28,947 nucleotides of DNA from an uncultured bacterium (GTDB lineage Bacteria; Auribacterota; Erginobacteria; Erginobacterales; Erginobacteraceae). Below the pieces are notes generated by a model. It made no database searches. It saw only the letters and a program-made list of their open reading frames with translations, and was not told where the DNA came from. The stretch is from NCBI GenBank assembly GCA_964465735.1, contig CAYXKT010000018.1, forward strand, positions 1 through 28,947, given 5' to 3'. The position numbers and the translations under genes are program-made. Positions 8,651-15,641 of this stretch are shown here, one piece after another (within the stretch, counting starts at the first letter, position 1; the number at the start of each line of letters is the position of its first letter).

Positions 8651-9085
8651 ATGAGACTGACCAGTCCTGTTTTTACTGAAGGCGGAGAGATCCCGCCTCG
8701 TTATACCTGTGATGGCGAAGATATCAGCCCCCGGTTGGAGATCGAGGGTATCCCCGAAGGGACCGAGGCCTTGGCCCTGATTATGGATGACCCCGATGCG
8801 CCCGGGAAGACCTTTGTCCACTGGGTGGCTTACGACATTGAACCGGTCGCCCGGTTCGAACAGGACGCGGACGTCGGCATTGGCGGCCTGAATCATTTCG
8901 GGACCAGGGTGTACGGGGGGCCCTGCCCCCCTTCGGGGAGCCACCGTTATATCTTCAAGCTTTACGCCCTGAACCGGAAACTTGGTCGCGAGGCGGGTAT
9001 GAACAAGGAAGAGCTATTAAAGGAGATCGAGGGCTCCATCCTGGCGGTGGCTGAATTAACCGGTCGCTATCGCCGGAATAAATAA
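8651..9085 (+). CDS. YbhB/YbcL (PEBP / Raf-kinase-inhibitor-like) family protein
   Basis: 144 aa with the motifs YTCDGEDISP, DDPDAP, FVHWV and GPCPPSGSHRYIFKLYAL. Confidence 0.9.
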   Translation: MRLTSPVFTEGGEIPPRYTCDGEDISPRLEIEGIPEGTEALALIMDDPDAPGKTFVHWVAYDIEPVARFEQDADVGIGGLNHFGTRVYGGPCPPSGSHRYIFKLYALNRKLGREAGMNKEELLKEIEGSILAVAELTGRYRRNK

Positions 9086-9283
9086 TCCGGAGGAGTAATT
9101 ATCCCGGAAGATAGGTTGATTTTCCGGGACAAGATGTCCGCGACCATAGACAGCTTAGAGCGTTCCAGCCGGTTGACGAAGCAGCGGTATCGTCTTCTCG
9201 GCGACTCGGGCGGTCCTGAAAAAAGAGCGGTTATCATTGCCTTCAACCTTCAGCCTGCAACCTAATAACCTGAGGAGATGGAT

Positions 9284-9796
9284 ATGGCAAAAATTGCGGT
9301 TTTGATCGATAACGATTTTGAGGATTCGGAATACACTCGGCCGGCAGAGGCTTTCCGGGAGGCCGGCCATCAGGTTGTCCACCTGGGGAAGAAGCAGGGG
9401 AGCGTGGTCCGGGGCAAGAAAGAGCAAACCCCGGTTGTCATAGACCGGGAAGTCGGCCAGGCCGATCCGGCGGAGTTCGACGCGCTCCTGATCCCCGGCG
9501 GTTATTCCCCCGACCGTCTCCGAGCTTTCCCGGAACCGGTGGCCTTCGTCCGGGAGTTTGTCGGGACCGCCCGGCCGGTATTTTTTATCTGTCACGGCGG
9601 CCAGCTCTTGATTACCGCCGACGTCCTGAAAGGGAGAAAGGTCACCGGCTGGAGATCGATCGCCCGCGATCTGATCAACGCGGGGGCCGATTACCGGGAC
9701 GAGGAGGTGGTGGTGGACGATAATTTTGTCTCCAGCCGCCAGCCCTCCGACCTCGACGCGTTCATCCGGGAATCCCTGAAACAGCTGGCCGGATAG
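9284..9796 (+). CDS. DJ-1/PfpI family protein (general-stress / deglycase-protease type)
   Basis: ORF 9278..9796. The second ATG (9284) has better spacing from GAGGAG. Has the nucleophile elbow FFICHGGQLL and DALLIPGG. An alternative start at 9278 is possible. Confidence 0.9.
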   Translation: MAKIAVLIDNDFEDSEYTRPAEAFREAGHQVVHLGKKQGSVVRGKKEQTPVVIDREVGQADPAEFDALLIPGGYSPDRLRAFPEPVAFVREFVGTARPVFFICHGGQLLITADVLKGRKVTGWRSIARDLINAGADYRDEEVVVDDNFVSSRQPSDLDAFIRESLKQLAG

Positions 9797-9877
9797 ACTG
9801 CCCACCCGCCCCTTTCTACAGGTCCGGAGTCAAGTCGATCTCCCTCTCCACCCCCGAGGGCATCGGCTTACTTTACA

Positions 9878-10038
9878 CCTAAATTGAGCGATTCTATGCG
9901 GCGAACTGCACCAATCTTTTGCGTCCGAACGGATATTGAAAATCCTCGCCATATCTCCTGGATATGGCTGCGGTTTTCGCAACCCGTCGGCCAGCAAAAT
10001 CTTAGCACATTTCATCCGCAATAATCGCTCAACTTAGG
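9878..10038 (-). mobile_element. 161-bp MITE-like element, copy 4
   Basis: Perfect 5-bp direct repeat TTACA (9873-9877 and 10039-10043). One SNP against the consensus (A at 9993). Confidence 0.9.
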
Positions 10039-10088
10039 TTACAGATGAAGTATGACTGGCAATCTAAAATAAATAGCGGGAGGAATAA

Positions 10089-11075
10089 TTGGATATGAAC
10101 GAAAGCGGAGATCTCAAGCCGAAAGTCTCGATCATCGGCGGCGGTAATGTCGGACTCCGCTACGCCTATGCCCTGATGATCCGCGGGATTGCCCGCCGGA
10201 TCTGCCTGGTCGATCTCGATTTCAAGCGACTGGAGGGGGATGTGATGGACCTCAACCACGGCGTCCCCTATATCTCCCCGGTTGAAGTTATCGCCGGCGA
10301 TTATCCCGATATCGAGGGTTCCGATCTGGTGGTGGTGACCGCCGGGAAGGGCCAGGTCCCCGGCCAGTCCCGGCTCGATCTTATCCGGGCCAACGTCGAG
10401 CTTTACCGGATCATCATCCCCCAAATTGTCCGCTTCGCCCCCCGGGCCCTTTTGCTGATCGTCTCCAACCCGGTCGATATCCTGGCCTATGCCGCTTACC
10501 GGATCTCGAAGAAGCCTCCCGGGGAGGTTATCGGCGCCGGGACAGTGCTTGACACCGCCCGGTTACGCTTCCTGCTCGGCCGGCACTGCCGGGTCGATAC
10601 CCGCAACGTCCACGCCTATATCCTCGGCGAGCACGGCGACAGCGAGTTCCCCGCCTGGTCTCGAGCCTTGATCGGCGGGATGTTCCTGAAAGACTACTGT
10701 ACGGTCTGCCCCTTCCGCGAGACCTGTGACCACGAGAAGGTCCTCGGGGAGATCTTCGTGCGGGTGCGGGACTCCGCTTATCGGATTATCGAGCGCAAGG
10801 GCGAGACCTCCTATGGTATCGGCCTGGCTCTGGCCCGGATCACCCGGGCGATTCTCAACGACGAGAACGCCATCCTCCCGGTCTCCTCGCTCTTTACCGA
10901 TTACCCGGGAGGAGAGGAGGTTTACTTGAGCCTCCCGGCCGTGGTCAACCGGGAGGGGGTGCGTCAGGTTATCCGCCTGAAACTGGACCCCGCGGAAGAA
11001 GATGCCCTGGTCCGTTCCGCCGGGGTTATCCGGGAGGTGATCGGCCAATTGGATCTGCCCGGGCCGTCCGTTTGA
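10089..11075 (+). CDS. ldh: L-lactate dehydrogenase (LDH/MDH superfamily)
   Basis: Rossmann IIGGGNVG and catalytic GEHGDSE. A Gln in the specificity loop (GKGQVPGQSRLDL) favours lactate over malate. Start is TTG 10089 (6 nt after GGGAGG) or ATG 10095. Confidence 0.85.
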   Translation: MDMNESGDLKPKVSIIGGGNVGLRYAYALMIRGIARRICLVDLDFKRLEGDVMDLNHGVPYISPVEVIAGDYPDIEGSDLVVVTAGKGQVPGQSRLDLIRANVELYRIIIPQIVRFAPRALLLIVSNPVDILAYAAYRISKKPPGEVIGAGTVLDTARLRFLLGRHCRVDTRNVHAYILGEHGDSEFPAWSRALIGGMFLKDYCTVCPFRETCDHEKVLGEIFVRVRDSAYRIIERKGETSYGIGLALARITRAILNDENAILPVSSLFTDYPGGEEVYLSLPAVVNREGVRQVIRLKLDPAEEDALVRSAGVIREVIGQLDLPGPSV

Positions 11076-11094
11076 CGGGACCGATATACTGGAA

Positions 11095-11255
11095 CCTAAA
11101 TTGAGCGATTCTATGCGGCGAACTGCACCAATCTTTTGCGTCCGAACGGATATTGAAAATCCTCGCCATATCTCCTGGATATGGCTGCGGTTTTCGCAAC
11201 CCGTCGGCCGGCAAAATCTTAGCACATTTCATCCGCAATAATCGCTCAACTTAGG
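11095..11255 (-). mobile_element. 161-bp MITE-like element, copy 5
   Basis: Identical to the consensus, with a perfect 5-bp direct repeat TGGAA (11090-11094 and 11256-11260). It begins 19 nt after the ldh stop. Confidence 0.9.
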
Positions 11256-11355
11256 TGGAAGAAACCGGGGGTGGGAAACTGAGGAAAGCAGGGCGCAGCG
11301 GGAAAGTCCCCTCACCGCCCCCCCAATAAAATGACCAGGAATAGCGCCAACTGAA

Positions 11356-11395
11356 TATTTTGACAGAACTAAATCTAACCCAGGGAGGTATGGCT
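11356..11395 (+). promoter_or_regulatory. Short version of the shared leader (SOR copy): TATTTTGACAGAAC-N13-GGGAGG
   Basis: TTGACAGAAC at 11360-11369 lies exactly 36 nt upstream of the ATG at 11396. The spacing is the same at the OFOR and FDP genes. Confidence 0.4.
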
Positions 11396-11791
11396 ATGAC
11401 CGCGTTGTCGAAAAATTTTCAAACCGCTGATTGGAAAAACGAGAAACACGTTCCGGTGATCGAGGCCCCCGAGAAAGCGGAGAAAGGGGAGCTCTTCACA
11501 GTTAAGGTCAGCGTGGGCCGGGAGGTCGCTCACCCCAACAAAACCGAGCACCATATCCGCTGGATTGACCTCTACTTCCACCCCGAAGGGGAGAAGTTCC
11601 CCTACCAGATCGGGAAGGTTGAGTTCTGCGCCCACGGCGCTTCGGTCTCGGGGCCGGATACCAGCACAGTCTATACTCACCCCTCGGCAGTCTTCAGTTT
11701 CCAGACCGGGAAACCCGGGACCATCTTGGCATCTTCTTACTGCAACATCCACGGACTGTGGGAGAACTCCGCCGAACTGGCGGTGGAATAA
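11396..11791 (+). CDS. Superoxide reductase, 1Fe (neelaredoxin) type
   Basis: ORF 11360..11791 trimmed to the ATG at 11396, 7 nt after GGGAGG. The motifs EKHVPVIE, HPNKTEHHIRWIDLY and CNIHGLW supply the His4Cys iron ligands typical of SOR. Confidence 0.85.
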   Translation: MTALSKNFQTADWKNEKHVPVIEAPEKAEKGELFTVKVSVGREVAHPNKTEHHIRWIDLYFHPEGEKFPYQIGKVEFCAHGASVSGPDTSTVYTHPSAVFSFQTGKPGTILASSYCNIHGLWENSAELAVE

Positions 11792-12052
11792 CTTCTTTCC
11801 GGATGGTTCTCGAGGAGACCGGCTTCAACTTTTCAATCTCCTCTTCCACCTCCTCGGTACCCTCGGCATAAAACTTCGCTTCGTCAGGGGTCAGTCCGGG
11901 GAGGAGTCGGAGAAACTTCCGGCTTGGCCTGTCTCCTTCTGGTTGGCGGGCTTTGGCGGTTGCCGAGTTCTGTCGGGAGGTGTATAATCCCTGGTAGATA
12001 TCGAGCCATTGTCTGGAATGTGCAGTATGGTACTGTCAAAAATTTCATAAAA

Positions 12053-12127
12053 AAGAATGAAACCACAGAGACCACTGAGAGAATTCAGGATCAAGTTTTT
12101 CCTTCTTCTCTGTGAACACTAAATACT
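12053..12127 (+). repeat. 75-nt intergenic repeat block, copy A
   Basis: aagaatgaaaccacagagaccactgagagaattcaggatcaagtttttccttcttctctgtgaacactaaatact. By hand count it is 61/75 identical, without gaps, to 23736-23810. Confidence 0.6.
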
Positions 12128-12307
12128 GCAAAAGAAGTCGGGCCTCACCGCTAAGATTTTTCCGCGGAAGGGGACGCGGCAGCGCAGATATAGGCGGTTG
12201 AAAGTAGGCCCCGGATATTCGCGGCGCAATAATTAACGTATTTAAATGCCGCCGGCAAGAAAGTCGGATTAATCATTAACATTTGCCCAAGGACAGGACT
12301 AAAAGGA

Positions 12308-12355
12308 TGGTATTTTAAGAGAACATTGAGGGGGAGAAAGAGTCATTTTATTTAA
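12308..12355 (+). promoter_or_regulatory. Paralogous leader cassette (FDP copy), proximal part with a -10-like TGgTATTTT
   Basis: TGGTATTTT (12308-12316) runs into TAAGAGAACATTGAGGGGGAGAAAGAGTCATTTTATTTAA (12316-12355). The same 40-mer occurs upstream of OFOR, and a 2-mismatch version occurs at 23997-24030. Confidence 0.45.
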
Positions 12356-12370
12356 TCCCTTCTAGTTCAA

Positions 12371-12531
12371 CCTAAGTTGAGCGATTATTGCGGATGAAAT
12401 GTGCTAAGATTTTGCCGGCCGACGGGTTGCGAAAACCGCAGCCATATCCAGGAGATATGGCGAGGATTTTCAATATCCGTTCGGACGCAAAAGATTGGTG
12501 CAGTTCGCCGCATAGAATCGCTCAATTTAGG
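12371..12531 (+). mobile_element. 161-bp MITE-like element, copy 6
   Basis: Exact reverse complement of the consensus, with a perfect 5-bp direct repeat TTCAA (12366-12370 and 12532-12536). It is inserted inside the FDP leader cassette. Confidence 0.9.
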
Positions 12532-12536
12532 TTCAA

Positions 12537-12602
12537 TACTCTCTGTGTTCTCTGTGATTATTTATTTTGACAGAACGTTCAACATAACCGGGAGGTCTGT
12601 TT
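12537..12602 (+). promoter_or_regulatory. Paralogous leader cassette (FDP copy), distal part with TTGACAGAAC and RBS
   Basis: tactctctgtgttctctgtgattatttaTTTTGACAGAACgttcaacataaccGGGAGGtctgttt then ATG. TTGACA begins at 12567, 36 nt before the ATG at 12603. Confidence 0.45.
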
Positions 12603-13769
12603 ATGAAGCCGAGAGAGGTGGTAAAAGGGGTTAGTTCCGTGGGGGTGATCGACTGGCACCGTCAGCTCTTTGATGCCCTGATCCCGTTGCCCGACGGGAC
12701 CAGTTACAACTCTTTTTTGATCGAGGGGAGTGAGAAGACCGCCCTGATCGATACCGTTGACCCTCCCTTTGCCCAAAAGTTTTTGGAGAACCTGTCCGGG
12801 GTGAAGAAGATCGACTATATCGTCGCCAATCACGCCGAGCAGGATCACTCCGGCACCCTCCCGATGGTCTTAGACCGCTTTCCCGAAGCCAGAGTGGTCT
12901 GCTCCGAGAAGTGCCGGGGGATGCTGATCGACCTGCTGGGGATCGCTGAAGATCGTTTTCTCACCGTAACCGACGGGGAGTCCATCTCGCTTGGTGGCCG
13001 GACGCTGAGATTTATCTTCACCCCCTGGGTTCACTGGCCGGAGACCATCTCCACCTACCTCGAGGAAGAGCGGATTCTCTTCTCCTGCGATTTCCTGGGC
13101 TCCCATCTGGCCACCACCGACCTTTACGCCTCCGATTGGTGTCGGGTTTACGAGTCGGCTAAGCGCTATTACGGCGAGATTATGATGCCCTTCCGGACTA
13201 TGATCGTAAAGAACCTCGAGAAGATCAAAGACCTGAAGCTCCAGCTGATCTGCCCCAGCCACGGCCCGATTTACGACCGGCCGGAGCTGATTGTCGAAGC
13301 TTACCGGGATTGGGTCTCCGGCCCCTTAAAGAAGTCGGTGGTGATCCCTTTTGTCTCGATGCACGGGTCCACCGCCCTGATGGTCGATCACCTGTTGGCC
13401 GCCCTGGTCGAAAAGGGGATCTCCGTTTATCCCTTTGATCTGACCGTGAGCGATCCCGGAAAACTGGTGATCGCCCTGGTCGATGCCGGTGCCCTCGCCA
13501 TCGGGACCCCGACCGTGCTGGCCGGTCCCCATCCCCTGGCGGTCTCCGCCGCCGTGCTGGCCAACGCGCTCAGACCGCGGCTGGAGTATGTCGCCCTCTT
13601 TGGTTCCTATGGCTGGGGGGGGAAGATGGTGGAGACGCTCACGGCCCTGACCGGAAATCTCAAAGCCGAGCTGCTCGAACCGGTACTTGCTCGAGGACTT
13701 CCCGGCCCGGAGGATTATCCCGCCCTTGACCGTATGGCGCAAGAACTGGCCGGGCGGCTAAACGGGTAG
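12603..13769 (+). CDS. Flavodiiron protein (FprA / rubredoxin:oxygen oxidoreductase family)
   Basis: 388 aa. An MBL-like domain carries the di-iron motif NHAEQDHSG (HxExDH). The C-terminus is flavodoxin-like (VVIPFVSMHGSTALM). Confidence 0.9.
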   Translation: MKPREVVKGVSSVGVIDWHRQLFDALIPLPDGTSYNSFLIEGSEKTALIDTVDPPFAQKFLENLSGVKKIDYIVANHAEQDHSGTLPMVLDRFPEARVVCSEKCRGMLIDLLGIAEDRFLTVTDGESISLGGRTLRFIFTPWVHWPETISTYLEEERILFSCDFLGSHLATTDLYASDWCRVYESAKRYYGEIMMPFRTMIVKNLEKIKDLKLQLICPSHGPIYDRPELIVEAYRDWVSGPLKKSVVIPFVSMHGSTALMVDHLLAALVEKGISVYPFDLTVSDPGKLVIALVDAGALAIGTPTVLAGPHPLAVSAAVLANALRPRLEYVALFGSYGWGGKMVETLTALTGNLKAELLEPVLARGLPGPEDYPALDRMAQELAGRLNG

Positions 13770-13775
13770 TCTCGG

Positions 13776-15614
13776 GTGTTTTCCCGGGCCGTTGCCGCCA
13801 TTGCCGCTATGGACCGGCAGATACTCTTCGTTTTACTGGTTGTTCTGCTGATCCCGGTATCTCCGGTCCAGGCGGACGGGGTCGAACCCTACTCGGTCTT
13901 GATCCACCTCCACGGGGAGAAGACCGACCAGCTGAAACAGCTCCTCCGGGACGTCTCGACCGCCGATGCCCAGGGGGATAGACCGCTCCCCAGCTTCGCT
14001 CTTTTGGAAGCGATTGCCCGCGATGATGTCCGGAAGATGAAAAAGGTCCTCCGGGCGGAAAGTTTCTATGCCGCCTCGATCGAGATCAATCTCAAGGACC
14101 GGGACAACTCTCCCCGGCTCTATTTCTCGGTCACCACCGGCCCTCCCTTCCTGATCGGTTCGAGTACGGTCAATATCACCGGCCCCCCTCTGCCGGACGA
14201 TCTGATCCATCCCGACGAGGCGGAGATACTCCTGGTCCCCGGATCCCGGGGGACCTCGACCGCTATCCTGGCCGCTGAGGACGGTCTGCTCAATTACTTC
14301 CGCCTCCGGGGTTATCCCGCCGTCAAGGCCGGGGAGCGGGAGGTGGTGGTAAATTACGCCGACCAATCGGTATCGGTCACCTACCGGATCGATCCCGGTC
14401 CTCGCTCGGTATTCGCCCGGACAATCTTTTCCGGGCTCGAGGATGTCCGGGAGAAGTTTGTCCGCCGGCAGATCCCCTGGCTGATGGGAGAGATCTATAG
14501 CCCGGAGCAGATCCAGATCTTCCGTAACCGGCTGGCCCGGACCGGGCTTTTTACCACCCTGCTGATCTCGACCGAGGAAGCCGGGGATTTTCCCGCCGGC
14601 CGGCCCGGTCCAGCGGCCCCGCTCCGCCCGGTCGATGTTCTGGTCACGCTCCGGGAGCGCGAGCCTCATACCGTGGGTCTCGAGGCCGGCTACGGCACTG
14701 ACATCGGCTTGGGGGGGGCGGTCTCCTGGGAGGATCGAAATATCTTCGGGCACGGCGAACTTTTCCGGCTCCGGGTCTTCGGCAGCCAGGAGCTGTATTA
14801 TGCCGAAGGGCTCTTGCGGGTTCCGAGTTTTCTCCACCCCGACCAATCGCTGAACCTGTCTGTCCAGCCGGTCTATGATCACCCGAAAGCTTATGATAGT
14901 GATCGGCTCCGGATCTCGGCCCTGATCCGCCGGGAGTTTACCGGCGCTCTGGTTCTCAGCGGCGGTACGGCCCTGACCATCGACCGGGTCACCCAGTTCG
15001 GCAGCCGGCGGGAATTTCATCTCTTCTCCACCCCGCTCAGTGTCCAGCTCAAGGTCGGGGGCGATCAGCCCTTCAATCGGGCGGGGGCCCTCTTGCTCCT
15101 CCAGGGAGAACCTTACTTTAATCTCCAGGACGGCCGATCCTTTTTTAAGACGATGGTTGCCGGGAACTTTCTCTTCCGACTCCCCTCGGTCCCCTTCCTG
15201 ACCGCCCTGGCTCGGGTCACCGCGGGAAGTATCCCGGAAGCCGACCTGGAAGAGATCCCGGCTGACCTCCGATTCTATGCCGGGGGGGCGAACTCGATCC
15301 GGGGCTACTCCTACCAGAAGGTCGGTCCGCTGGCCGGGAAAGATCCGATCGGCGGCCTCTCTCTCTTTACCGCCTGCCTCGAGCTCAATTGTCAGGTGAT
15401 CGGCGAGTTCGGCGTGGCCGCTTTTATTGACGGCGGGGCGGCCTTCGCCGAGAGCCGGCCCCGTTTCGGTGACGAGATCCGCTGGGGGGCCGGCGGGGGG
15501 CTGCGGTATTTTACCCCGATCGGTCCGATCGGTCTCGATGTCGGTTTCCCGATCGATCCCCGGGAAATCGACAGTGATTTCCAGGTTTATATCAGTATCG
15601 CTCAGATTTACTAA
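13776..15614 (+). CDS. tamA: Omp85-family outer-membrane protein (TamA/BamA-like)
   Basis: Signal peptide ...ILFVLLVVLLIPVSPVQA/DG, a POTRA-like N-terminal part, and a C-terminal beta-barrel ending ...YISIAQIY. It is followed directly by a TamB-like gene. Alternative start at ATG 13809. Confidence 0.85.
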   Translation: MFSRAVAAIAAMDRQILFVLLVVLLIPVSPVQADGVEPYSVLIHLHGEKTDQLKQLLRDVSTADAQGDRPLPSFALLEAIARDDVRKMKKVLRAESFYAASIEINLKDRDNSPRLYFSVTTGPPFLIGSSTVNITGPPLPDDLIHPDEAEILLVPGSRGTSTAILAAEDGLLNYFRLRGYPAVKAGEREVVVNYADQSVSVTYRIDPGPRSVFARTIFSGLEDVREKFVRRQIPWLMGEIYSPEQIQIFRNRLARTGLFTTLLISTEEAGDFPAGRPGPAAPLRPVDVLVTLREREPHTVGLEAGYGTDIGLGGAVSWEDRNIFGHGELFRLRVFGSQELYYAEGLLRVPSFLHPDQSLNLSVQPVYDHPKAYDSDRLRISALIRREFTGALVLSGGTALTIDRVTQFGSRREFHLFSTPLSVQLKVGGDQPFNRAGALLLLQGEPYFNLQDGRSFFKTMVAGNFLFRLPSVPFLTALARVTAGSIPEADLEEIPADLRFYAGGANSIRGYSYQKVGPLAGKDPIGGLSLFTACLELNCQVIGEFGVAAFIDGGAAFAESRPRFGDEIRWGAGGGLRYFTPIGPIGLDVGFPIDPREIDSDFQVYISIAQIY

Positions 15615-15641
15615 AGTGCCTGAAGTTGTTGGTTACCGCGG

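Noticed and set aside
11884-12115. Small ORFs (63-67 aa) in the SOR-FDP spacer.
   Set aside because: They have no RBS, overlap one another in different frames, and cover repeat sequence. The composition is not protein-like.
1-12536. The repeated 161-bp unit as a CRISPR array or other tandem array.
   Set aside because: The copies are 0.9-4.4 kb apart, in both orientations, and separated by ordinary genes. They carry terminal inverted repeats and target-site duplications. No cas genes are present.
12567-12572. TTGACA of the conserved TTGACAGAAC as a canonical -35 box.
   Set aside because: With a 17-nt spacer the -10 would coincide with the GGGAGG Shine-Dalgarno sequence at all four loci, and no TATAAT-like hexamer is there.
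12388-12634. ORFs of 60-77 aa that recur with identical N-termini (MRMKCAKILPADGLRKPQPYPGDMARIFNIRSDAKDWCSSPHRIAQF... and MLRFCRPTGCENRSHIQEIWRGFSISVRTQKIGAVRRIESLNLG...). They also occur at 2304-2538, 5299-5484, 9830-10021 and 11026-11238.
   Set aside because: They lie entirely within the 161-bp repeat. They have no RBS, start on TTG or internal codons, and run out through the terminal repeat, so each copy has a different, arbitrary C-terminus. They are artefacts of an element that happens to lack stop codons.
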